Positions 46,819 to 55,029 of a stretch of DNA of 64,000 nucleotides are shown piece after piece; positions within the stretch are counted from its first letter, which is position 1; the number at the start of each line of letters is the position of its first letter. Under the pieces are notes generated by a model. The model worked only from the letters and a program-made list of their open reading frames with translations. It did not search any database and had not been told where the DNA came from. Source of the stretch: an uncultured Alphaproteobacteria bacterium (GTDB lineage: Bacteria; Pseudomonadota; Alphaproteobacteria; CAAHEQ01; UBA3637); assembly GCA_905236245.1 (NCBI GenBank), contig CAJOPC010000005.1, positions 539-64,538 of the forward strand. The letters are read 5' to 3'. Made by a program: the position numbers and the translations under genes.

Positions 46819-47637
46819 ATGAAAAAATTGGGGATCATAGCGGGAGACGGAGCTTTACCAATTTGTTTGGTACAAGCTTGTGAGCAAATGAAGCGTCCCT
46901 ATTTTGTCGTCGGATTAAAAGGTTGTTTGAAAAAAGGTGCTTTGCCCAAAGGAACACCTATGGCTTGGATTCGCTTGGGGGCCGTTGGTAAAGGATTAAA
47001 ATTATTGAAAAAAAACGGCGCAGAAGAGGCCGTTATGATTGGTGCGGTACGTCGTCCATCATTTACCGGAATATGGCCCGATTTGCATACATTTAAACTT
47101 TTGTTAAAATACAGAAGAAAAGCGTTAGGTGATGACGCGCTATTAAAAATTTTAATAAAAGAATTAGAAAAAATCGGTCTTCATGTCGTCGGGATTGATG
47201 AAATCTTGCCACATTTATTGATTAAAAAAGGTGTTTATGGCCGCGTGTTGCCCTCTTCGCAAGATACTTTGGATATCAAGCGAGGTATTCAAGTGGCTCG
47301 TAAGTTGGGTGAGGCCGATGTCGGACAGGCCGTTATTGTGCAACAAGGACTTGTTTTGGCAGTCGAAGGGATAGAGGGAACTGATGCACTCATTCATCGT
47401 TCCGCTGCATTAAAGCGCAAAGGCTCAAAGGGCGTTTTGGTAAAAGTGGCTAAGCCCCAACAAGATCGTCGAGTTGATTTGCCGACGATTGGACCAAATA
47501 CGATTCAATCCGTTGCAGAGGCAGGCTTTGCTGGTATCGCTGTGCAAGCCGATTCTGTGTTGTTTAGCGAAGCAGATAAAGCGGTCAAATTGGCCAATCA
47601 AATGGGAGTTTTTATTATAGGTGTAGAGGTCAAATGA
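46819..47637 (+). CDS. lpxI: UDP-2,3-diacylglucosamine pyrophosphatase LpxI (DUF1009)
   Basis: The start is trimmed to ATG 46819. It has LGIIAGDGALP, DVGQAVIVQQGLVLAVEGIEGTDALI and QDRRVDLPTIGPNTI, and sits between lpxA and lpxB as in alphaproteobacteria. Confidence 0.85.
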   Translation: MKKLGIIAGDGALPICLVQACEQMKRPYFVVGLKGCLKKGALPKGTPMAWIRLGAVGKGLKLLKKNGAEEAVMIGAVRRPSFTGIWPDLHTFKLLLKYRRKALGDDALLKILIKELEKIGLHVVGIDEILPHLLIKKGVYGRVLPSSQDTLDIKRGIQVARKLGEADVGQAVIVQQGLVLAVEGIEGTDALIHRSAALKRKGSKGVLVKVAKPQQDRRVDLPTIGPNTIQSVAEAGFAGIAVQADSVLFSEADKAVKLANQMGVFIIGVEVK

Positions 47638-48773
47638 GTTTAAAAATTTATTTGATTGCGGGGGAGCCTTCTGGAGATTTGTTGGGTGCACGAGTAATGC
47701 GAGCCCTGAAAAAAATTGATTCCAAAATACAAATTTTTGGTGTTGGCGGAGAAACAATGATGGCAGAAGGGTTGAAATCCCTTTTTGATATCAAAGATCT
47801 GTCGGTGATGGGTTTCGTTGAGGTTTTGCCTAATTTGCCGAAAATTTTGAGACATTTTAAGGAAATTCAACAAGACATTGATCGAGTTCGCCCCAATATT
47901 ATTATGACAATTGATAGCTATTCTTTTTCTATCAGAGTGCATAAAATGTTGAAAAAACATGGTTGCAAAATTCCACATGTTCATTTGGTAGCGCCTCAGG
48001 TTTGGGCTTGGAATAAAAAACGGGCCAAAATTATAGGAAATTTTGTGGATCATTTGTTTTGTTTGTTGCCAAATGAGCCGGCTTATTTTACACCATACGG
48101 GATGGCGGCTACTTTTGTGGGACATCCGGTTATAGAAAGTGGCGCAACATGTGGTAATGCTGCTCGATTTAGAGAGAAATACAGCATTCCCGAAAATAAA
48201 CAGATTTTGTGTATGTTGCCCGGAAGTCGTCAAAATGAAATCAAATATCTTTTAGATGATTTTATGCAAGTTGTTTCAAATCTTTTTGCAAAAAATCCGG
48301 ATATCTTTGTGGTTGTTCCGACGGTTAAAACTGTGGGAGAAAAAATTAAAAACAAGATGGCACAATGGCGTGTTCCTCATTTAATTGTTTATGGTGAAAA
48401 AGACAGATATAATGCATTCGCGGCGGCTAAAGCGGCTATTGCTGCTTCTGGTACGGTTAGTTTGGAATTAGCGATTGCCCGCGTCCCTCATTTGATTGCC
48501 TATAAAATGAATCCAGTGACGGCAAAATTGGCACGTAGGGTTTTAAAAATTAAATATGTCAATTTACTCAACTTGATTGAAAATAAAGAAGTTATTCCCG
48601 AATTATTGCAAGAGGATTGTACTATTCCAAAATTGACGGCAACTTTGGATAATTTGATGAATGGTCGGGAGCAAGATACGAAGGCGGCGTTGGCCAAACT
48701 TGGGTTGAATACAAAGCAACTTCCTTCTGAAAAAATTGCACAAATTTTAATTAAATTAGCGAGGAAATCATGA
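47634..48773 (+). CDS. lpxB: lipid-A-disaccharide synthase
   Basis: Has IYLIAGEPSGDLLGA, VAPQVWAW, LPGSRQNEI and ASGTVSLELA. Confidence 0.92.
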   Translation: MSLKIYLIAGEPSGDLLGARVMRALKKIDSKIQIFGVGGETMMAEGLKSLFDIKDLSVMGFVEVLPNLPKILRHFKEIQQDIDRVRPNIIMTIDSYSFSIRVHKMLKKHGCKIPHVHLVAPQVWAWNKKRAKIIGNFVDHLFCLLPNEPAYFTPYGMAATFVGHPVIESGATCGNAARFREKYSIPENKQILCMLPGSRQNEIKYLLDDFMQVVSNLFAKNPDIFVVVPTVKTVGEKIKNKMAQWRVPHLIVYGEKDRYNAFAAAKAAIAASGTVSLELAIARVPHLIAYKMNPVTAKLARRVLKIKYVNLLNLIENKEVIPELLQEDCTIPKLTATLDNLMNGREQDTKAALAKLGLNTKQLPSEKIAQILIKLARKS

Positions 48774-49447
48774 CAGACAGAACACAAATCTATCATTATC
48801 CTTTATGTCCTTTTTGTCGTCTTGTGCGTTTGGCATTTTATGAAAAAGGAATTCCACATGCATTGTTGACGGAAATTCCATGGGAAAGACGCCCGGCTTT
48901 TTTGGAAAAAAATCCGCTAGGAACATTGCCAGTAATTGTGGAGGCAGATGATTATACTTTGTGTGGTGCGAACACTATTTGTGCTTATTTGAACGAAATT
49001 GCGCCAGTTCCGGATTTGTTGGGGGAAACGCCACGTGGCCGTGCGGAAGTGCGCCGTTTAATTGAGTGGACAGAATCTGTTTTTTATCCTCAAGTTGTGA
49101 AGCCTATTTTGGAAGAGCGTGTTTATAAAGCATTACAACATCGTGGCACGCCGGATTCAAATGTATTGCGGGCGGCACGACAAAATTATAAAATTTTAAT
49201 GCCATATTTAGATTGGATTGCTTCCAGACGTTCTTATTTGGGGGGGCGCTATTTAACATATGCAGATTTAACGGTGGCGGCACAGCTATCTGTATTGGAT
49301 TATTTGGGAGAGTTGGATTGGAATAAATTGCAAGATGTAAAAACATGGTATGCAAAAATTAAATCGTATAATTCATTTAAATCTTTACTTCAAGATAAAA
49401 TTGGGGGTATAATGCCCGTAGGAGATTACACAAATCTTGATTTTTAG
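48770..49447 (+). CDS. glutathione S-transferase-family protein
   Basis: Has a thioredoxin-like N-terminus (YHYPLCPFCRLVRLAFYEKGIP, NPLGTLPV) and a helical C-terminal domain. Confidence 0.75.
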   Translation: MTDRTQIYHYPLCPFCRLVRLAFYEKGIPHALLTEIPWERRPAFLEKNPLGTLPVIVEADDYTLCGANTICAYLNEIAPVPDLLGETPRGRAEVRRLIEWTESVFYPQVVKPILEERVYKALQHRGTPDSNVLRAARQNYKILMPYLDWIASRRSYLGGRYLTYADLTVAAQLSVLDYLGELDWNKLQDVKTWYAKIKSYNSFKSLLQDKIGGIMPVGDYTNLDF

Positions 49448-49457
49448 GAAACACCAT

Positions 49458-49874
49458 ATGAAAAAGATATTCTTTTTGCTTTGTTTGTTTTTTACTCTTT
49501 CCGGATGTCGATGGATGGCCGGAGACGAAGGACAGAAAGTTTTTTATTGGGAACGTCCTAATACAGGAGTTGTTTGGTTTGCTAAAGATCATCGCGAATG
49601 TATGCGGGAAGCGGATATGTTTCCATTTGAATGGCCCAGTTTGCCGTGGGGAGCACCGGATGCGCCAAAACCTTTGAATTTGCGTTTTGATAATGATGCT
49701 CCATCGGGCGTATGGGCTCAATTTGTTCCTTTCCCAGGGGCAAGACCTGTGTTTGTAAATGCGGTTGATGATGACTGGGCAGTTGATTATGATGCGTATG
49801 AAGATTGTATGACTTCTCGTCATTATCGTCAAAGATTGCCTGCAACTCAAAATCACCAGGTTTTCCAGATGTAG
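49458..49874 (+). CDS. lipoprotein, hypothetical
   Basis: ATG 49458. It has the lipobox MKKIFFLLCLFFTLSGC and a Trp/Pro/Asp-rich mature part. The antisense ORF 49377..49895 looks like a shadow. Confidence 0.55.
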   Translation: MKKIFFLLCLFFTLSGCRWMAGDEGQKVFYWERPNTGVVWFAKDHRECMREADMFPFEWPSLPWGAPDAPKPLNLRFDNDAPSGVWAQFVPFPGARPVFVNAVDDDWAVDYDAYEDCMTSRHYRQRLPATQNHQVFQM

Positions 49875-49884
49875 GGAGGTTTTT

Positions 49885-51009
49885 ATGAAGACCATTATGC
49901 AAGTTTTACCAGCGCTGAATCAAGGTGGCGTTGAAACCGGCACAATAGAGATTGCAACGGCCCTGGCAAATGCAAAAATTCCGAATATTGTGGTGTCTTC
50001 TGGCGGTGTAATGGTGCCTCAGCTCAAAAGGATTGGAGTTAAACATTTTACATTGCCCGTGGCAACCAAAAATCCATTTAAGATGTGGTTAAATTCTAAA
50101 AAGTTGGCTAAAATTGCGATTGAAAATAATGTTGGTTTAATGCATGTGCGATCTCGCGCCCCCGCATGGACGGTGAAATGGGCTTCAAAAGATACAGGAA
50201 TTCCATTTATTTCTTCGTATCATGGTATTTATGGAATTAAGCCAGCAATTAAAAAATTATACAATGGTGCTATGTTAAAAGGGTTGTGCACAATTGCAGT
50301 GTCAGAGTATGTAAAACAGCACTTGATAGATGTTTATCATTATCCCAAAAATAAAATTCATGTGATTCATCGGGGGGCTGATTTAAATCGGTTTGATCCG
50401 GATAAAGTGACACAGGAAAAAATAGATGACTTTGTAAAACAAAATCAACTTTCTTTGGATAAACCAATTATCACATTGGTTGGGCGGTTGTCAAAGATTA
50501 AAGGTCAGCTTGAATTGATACAAGCTATAAAGCAAATGAAACATAAAGATGTTACATGTCTTTTAATTGGTGGTGGAGCTACCCCGGAATACCAACGGGA
50601 GCTTAATGCCGCTATTAGCACTTTGCCGGATGAAACAAATGTGCGTGTTGTGTCTGTCCCTGGCGACAAAATGCCTGTTGTTTATGTTTTGTCTGATATT
50701 GTGGTGTCTGCACGGATAACACCAGAGGCCTTCGGGCGCACAATAGCGGAGGCAAATGCCATGAATCGAATTGTGGTTGCATTTAATCATGGAGGGCCAA
50801 CAGAAACAATTATTGATGGGGAAACAGGATTTTTAGTCCCAGTAGGAGATGTTTCTGCCTTGGCAAAAGCGTTGGATAAAGTGTTAGATATGCCGCTTGC
50901 TGAAAAGCGCAAAATGGAAACTGCGGCGCGGAATAATACAATACAAAATTTTTCAATTCAAAAAATGTGTGAGAAAACATTAAAACTATATAAGGAGATA
51001 TTAAAATGA
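49885..51009 (+). CDS. glycosyltransferase family 4 (GT-B fold)
   Basis: The N-terminus is MQVLPALNQGGVETGT. The C-terminal half carries an EAFGRTIAEANAM...GGPTETIIDGETGFLV (E-x7-E-like) motif. GGGAGG SD. Confidence 0.8.
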   Translation: MKTIMQVLPALNQGGVETGTIEIATALANAKIPNIVVSSGGVMVPQLKRIGVKHFTLPVATKNPFKMWLNSKKLAKIAIENNVGLMHVRSRAPAWTVKWASKDTGIPFISSYHGIYGIKPAIKKLYNGAMLKGLCTIAVSEYVKQHLIDVYHYPKNKIHVIHRGADLNRFDPDKVTQEKIDDFVKQNQLSLDKPIITLVGRLSKIKGQLELIQAIKQMKHKDVTCLLIGGGATPEYQRELNAAISTLPDETNVRVVSVPGDKMPVVYVLSDIVVSARITPEAFGRTIAEANAMNRIVVAFNHGGPTETIIDGETGFLVPVGDVSALAKALDKVLDMPLAEKRKMETAARNNTIQNFSIQKMCEKTLKLYKEILK

Positions 51010-51326
51010 AAAAGAAAAAACAAGCCCCTTTAACAACAGAAGAGAAAATAACTCAATTAGAAAAAATAGCGGACCGATTGGAAAGGATGCGCATAGGCGA
51101 GTATTTGACGAATTTAAACAGGACTTCTCGCTTGATTTGGTTAAATTTGGTCAGTGGTATTGCCAGAGGCGTCGGTTTGACCATCGGAGCAACATTGGTG
51201 ATCGCAATCATTTTTAAAATTATCAGCATGCTGATCAATTTAAATGTTCCGTATTTGAGCGAGATGATGAAGGATGTGCAACAAACATTGCAAAGCCGTT
51301 ATCATGTTCAAACAGAAGTTAAATAG
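51006..51326 (+). CDS. small membrane protein, hypothetical (106 aa)
   Basis: ATGA overlap with the glycosyltransferase. It has a basic N-terminus, then two hydrophobic segments (LIWLNLVSGIARGVGLTIGATLVIAIIFKII). Confidence 0.5.
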   Translation: MKKKKQAPLTTEEKITQLEKIADRLERMRIGEYLTNLNRTSRLIWLNLVSGIARGVGLTIGATLVIAIIFKIISMLINLNVPYLSEMMKDVQQTLQSRYHVQTEVK

Positions 51327-51342
51327 TTTTTAGATCAAATTT

Positions 51343-51372
51343 AAAAACCACCGTTGAAGCGGTGGTTTTTTT
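51343..51372. terminator. bidirectional rho-independent terminator between convergent genes
   Basis: AAAAA-CCACCG-ttgaag-CGGTGG-TTTTTTT. The stem is flanked by an A run on one side and a T run on the other. Confidence 0.65.
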
Positions 51373-51389
51373 GTTTGGCAGTTCCATAG

Positions 51390-52487
51390 TTATGAAACTC
51401 GGAACATCGGCAACCCCTTTTCCAAACGGGTTTGTTGTTGTTCCATAAAGGTGGCCAAATTGATATTTCCATCCCGAATAGCCATGCGCATTTGATCCGC
51501 CGCTTGGTTGTTTGGATTTGCAAAGGCGGCTTGATAAATTAATTTCAAATTTGTTGTGCCTTCCAAGCGTTGATGAATAACGCCCAAAATACCACGGGCC
51601 AACAAGTCCGCAGCCAAACTGTTTTCCAAACCTGTTGATGCGGCATATTTTATCATTGAGTTCAACGCGTCTTCGACCCCATTGGCGTGAATAGTTGAAA
51701 TAACTAAGTGTCCGGAACAAGCTGCCACCAAACATTGGCTAGCCGTTTCGGGCGTACGAATTTCGCCGACCAGGATGTAACGAGGACGGGAACGCAGAGC
51801 AGATCTCAAACCCGCGCCCCATTGATCATTTTCAACGGATGTTTGTTTGCACAATCCTAATCCGCCGTTTTTGGAATAATAAATTCCAGACAAAGGCATT
51901 TCAGGCGGGTCTTCAATGGTGTACAAAAATCCGCCATCCGTATCCAAAAAGCGTTTCATCAAGGCGGAAGCCGTGGTCGTTTTACCTTGACCCGTTGGAC
52001 CGGCAAATAGTAAAAGACCTGCAGCACGTCCCAAACTTGTTAAATGGTGGACAACAGATGGTGCAAAACCCAATGTTTCAATTTCCGGTGTCATTGTGGG
52101 CATTTTACGGCAGTTATATTGTATGCCATCAATTGTATTGACGCGTTCCACACGGTATGAGTCGCCGGCAAATCGGATAGAATAGCTGGACATTCCAGTA
52201 AAACCTTGCTCTAATGCCAGATGAAAATCTTGTAAATCATTGGTTTCGATAGGAACCAAAGCAAAGCTGGTTCGTTGATCGCGAATATAGGCAACACCCT
52301 CCGGAGAATACCAAATATCTGCAAAATCCACCTCATGCAAAGAGGTTCCCATGACCTTATTTTGGCTAGTTACCTTTGCTGTGAAATCGGCAATACTCAT
52401 TGCCTTTTTTTCTGTTTCATTAGTTTCAGAAGGTAAAGGATTTTGTGTTGTTTCTGAATCTGTCGGATGTTTAATACTAAAAATCAT
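51390..52487 (-). CDS. PilT/GspE/VirB11-superfamily secretion ATPase (orphan)
   Basis: Has Walker A GPTGQGKTT, Asp box YTIEDPPE, Walker B YILVGEIR and His box GHLVISTIHAN. The PilT-like N-domain shows SIRFAGDSYRVERV...CRKMP. ATG 52487 (AAGGA SD) is preferred; the alternative is ATG 52532. Confidence 0.8.
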   Translation of the reverse strand: MIFSIKHPTDSETTQNPLPSETNETEKKAMSIADFTAKVTSQNKVMGTSLHEVDFADIWYSPEGVAYIRDQRTSFALVPIETNDLQDFHLALEQGFTGMSSYSIRFAGDSYRVERVNTIDGIQYNCRKMPTMTPEIETLGFAPSVVHHLTSLGRAAGLLLFAGPTGQGKTTTASALMKRFLDTDGGFLYTIEDPPEMPLSGIYYSKNGGLGLCKQTSVENDQWGAGLRSALRSRPRYILVGEIRTPETASQCLVAACSGHLVISTIHANGVEDALNSMIKYAASTGLENSLAADLLARGILGVIHQRLEGTTNLKLIYQAAFANPNNQAADQMRMAIRDGNINLATFMEQQQTRLEKGLPMFRVS

Positions 52488-52606
52488 TTTATCTTTTCCT
52501 TTTCTGTTGATGATCCTGATACTTTTTAACATGCCCTTTTTTTCTGATTTTTACAAGTATTTTTTTGAAAAAGTATCTCCTAAATCGAAAAAATAAAAAA
52601 ACTTGT

Positions 52607-52635
52607 TGACAATAATCCGTTTTTTTACTATAATG
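52607..52635 (+). promoter_or_regulatory. consensus sigma-70-type promoter (TTGACA-17-TATAAT) for rimP-nusA-infB operon
   Basis: Both hexamers are perfect with a 17-nt spacer, leaving a leader of about 65 nt before ATG 52709. Confidence 0.55.
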
Positions 52636-52708
52636 AACGCATACTTCCTGAATAATGAAATCGGGTGGGGCTCCAAAAGAGCTCCACTTAAATTTTAAAG
52701 GAGAAAAA

Positions 52709-53194
52709 ATGGAGTTAGTTGAAACAATTACAAATGCTATTGAACCTGCTTTAACCGATATGGGTTATGAGCTGGTGCGTGTTAGTATCAATGGTACGGA
52801 AATGCAAACTGTTCAGATTATGGCGGAGCGCTTGGATCGCGCCAATATGACATTGGATGATTGCGAAAAAATTAGCCATACGGCCAGTGCTTTGTTGGAC
52901 GTGGCGGACCCTTTCAAAGGGCGTTGGGTGTTGGAAGTTTCTTCACCGGGCGTGGATCGTCCTTTGGTAAAACCAAACGATTATGAGCGTTTTAAGGGCG
53001 AAGAAGCAAAAGTCGAATTGAACACGGATATTGATGGACGCAAACGTTTTAAGGGTATTTTAAAAGGAATTCAGGGCACAAAAATCACAATGGATTTTGA
53101 AGGCCAAGACATTTCTTTTGACTTTGCCGATGTGGCAAAAGCAAAACTTACATTCAAAGATGAAACATTAGATAACAAGAAAGGAAAAAAATAA
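52709..53194 (+). CDS. rimP: ribosome maturation factor RimP
   Basis: The start is trimmed to ATG 52709 (AAAGGAG SD). It has GYELVRV, LEVSSPGVDRPL and ERFKGEEAKV. Confidence 0.9.
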   Translation: MELVETITNAIEPALTDMGYELVRVSINGTEMQTVQIMAERLDRANMTLDDCEKISHTASALLDVADPFKGRWVLEVSSPGVDRPLVKPNDYERFKGEEAKVELNTDIDGRKRFKGILKGIQGTKITMDFEGQDISFDFADVAKAKLTFKDETLDNKKGKK

Positions 53195-53195
53195 A

Positions 53196-54713
53196 ATGCA
53201 AAACGCAACACTACCAAGACCAGAATTAATTCAAATGGCCGATGTTTTGGCCCATGAAAAAGGTATTGAAAAAGAAGCTGTCTTACACGCTATGGAAGAA
53301 GGTATTTCCAAAGCGGGTCGTAGCAAATATGGCCCGGAATATGATATTCGTACCACGATTGATCCAAACAACGGATCCATCAGTATGGCTCGGTATATCA
53401 CCGTTGTGGAAGAAGTGATGGATGAATTCCGCGAAATCAGTTTAGCGGAAGCCCGTAAATCCAATAAATTTGCCAAAGTTGGTGATGAAATTATTGATGA
53501 ATTGCCACCGATGGATTTCGGACGTATTGCTGCTCAGACTGCAAAACAGGTGATTACACAAAAGGTTCGTGAGGCTGAACGTAGTCAACAATATGAAGAA
53601 ATGAAGGACAAGAAGGGCGAGATTGTTCACGGTGTTGTGAAACGTATCGAGGCTGGTAATGTTATCGTTGAATTGGGTCGTGCCGAAGCGTTGCTCCGTC
53701 GTGATGAAATGATTCCAAAGGAAATGTATCGTCCGGGAGATCGTATCCGCGCTTTGGTGTTGGATGTGCGTAATGAAGTACGAGGTCCGCAAATTTTCTT
53801 GACTCGTTCTCATCCAGATTTCTTGGCCGCTTTGTTTAAAGCAGAAGTTCCAGAAATTTATGATGGTATCATTGATATTAAATCTGTGGCTCGTGACCCA
53901 GGTTCTCGTGCAAAGATTGCTGTTTATTCTAACGATTCTACATTGGATGCTCGTGGCGCTTGTATCGGTATGCGCGGTATTCGTGTCCAAGCCGTTGTCA
54001 ATGAATTACAGGGCGAAAAGATTGATGTTGTGACTTGGTCTAATGATCCGGCTACCTTTATCATTAATGCTTTAGCTCCAAACGAAGTGTTGAAAATCGT
54101 CATTGATGAAGAAGCCAAAAACGTAGAAGTTGTGTTGCCGGAAGAACAATTATCTTTGACTATTGGTCGTCGCGGACAAAACATCAGATTGGTTAGCCAA
54201 TTAACCGGTTGGCATATTGATATGATGACAGAAGCACAAGAATCTGAACATCGTCAAGCCGAAACAAAGGGTCGCGTAGATTTGTTCATGTCTGCTTTGG
54301 ATGTGGATGATATGATGGCCCATCTTTTGGTGCAAGAAGGTTTTGCCAAAGTGGAAGATATCGCCTACATTGAATTGGATGAATTGGCCGGTATTGAAGG
54401 CTTTGATGTTGATTTGGCTACCGAATTGCAAAATCGTGCCAAGGCTTATTTAGTTGCAAAAGAAGCTGAAGTTGCCGAAAAATTGAAAGAATTAAAGCTG
54501 GCAGATGATTTAGCAAAATTTGAAGGGTTAACCCCAGAAATGTTGGTAAAATTGGGCGAAAAAGGCATCAAAACTTTGGATGATTTGGCTGATTTGGCGA
54601 GCGATGAGTTGCGCGAAATAGTTGGCCTTGATTTATCCGAAGAAAATGCAAACGCCCTTATTATGAAAGCACGGGAGCATTGGTTTAGTGAAGAAACACA
54701 ATCACAAAAATAA
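53196..54713 (+). CDS. nusA: transcription termination/antitermination factor NusA
   Basis: Has the S1 domain (GEIVHGVVKRIEAGNVIVELG), the KH domains (RGPQIFLTRSHP, GACIGMRGIRVQAV, AIGRRGQNIRL-like LTIGRRGQNIRLVS) and C-terminal HhH repeats. Confidence 0.96.
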   Translation: MQNATLPRPELIQMADVLAHEKGIEKEAVLHAMEEGISKAGRSKYGPEYDIRTTIDPNNGSISMARYITVVEEVMDEFREISLAEARKSNKFAKVGDEIIDELPPMDFGRIAAQTAKQVITQKVREAERSQQYEEMKDKKGEIVHGVVKRIEAGNVIVELGRAEALLRRDEMIPKEMYRPGDRIRALVLDVRNEVRGPQIFLTRSHPDFLAALFKAEVPEIYDGIIDIKSVARDPGSRAKIAVYSNDSTLDARGACIGMRGIRVQAVVNELQGEKIDVVTWSNDPATFIINALAPNEVLKIVIDEEAKNVEVVLPEEQLSLTIGRRGQNIRLVSQLTGWHIDMMTEAQESEHRQAETKGRVDLFMSALDVDDMMAHLLVQEGFAKVEDIAYIELDELAGIEGFDVDLATELQNRAKAYLVAKEAEVAEKLKELKLADDLAKFEGLTPEMLVKLGEKGIKTLDDLADLASDELREIVGLDLSEENANALIMKAREHWFSEETQSQK

Positions 54714-55029
54714 CAATCCCAAAACAGTGGTTGGAAATCGAACCTGTTTTGTGTGCAAAACGACCGCCCCACGCGAAGAAATGCTTCGCTTTGTGGGCCG
54801 GCCTGGCCAGGTTGTCCAATTTGATGCGCGGGAACGTTTGCCTGGGCGTGGTATGTGGTTGCATGCAAACAGAGATTGCCTTGTAAAAGCTATTGAAAAA
54901 CGTGTTTTTTATAAGGCAGCAAAAGGCACTGTCGATATTCCAGAGAATTTGTTGCAAGTGGTTGAACAAGAACTTCAAAACTATCCAATAAAACAGAAAC
55001 TCTTTTTAAAAGGAGCGATTCATGAGTGA
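54688..55029 (+). CDS. ylxR: YlxR/DUF448-family RNA-binding protein
   Basis: Has [27 protein letters not shown], and a position between nusA and infB. The start is uncertain: GTG 54688 has a GGGAG SD, and GTG 54727 is the alternative. Confidence 0.7.
   Translation: MKKHNHKNNNPKTVVGNRTCFVCKTTAPREEMLRFVGRPGQVVQFDARERLPGRGMWLHANRDCLVKAIEKRVFYKAAKGTVDIPENLLQVVEQELQNYPIKQKLFLKGAIHE

Noticed and set aside
51319-51735. A 138-aa minus-strand ORF overlapping the 3' part of the ATPase gene in another frame.
   Set aside because: It is an alternative frame of a gene with clear Walker and His-box motifs. It also runs through the bidirectional terminator and has no SD.
52640-52708. An imperfect hairpin in the rimP leader (GTGGGGCTC-caaaa-GAGCTCCAC), considered as a possible NusA autoregulatory attenuator.
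   Set aside because: The stem has a mismatch, there is no U tract, and I cannot assess conservation. It is too weak to report as a feature.
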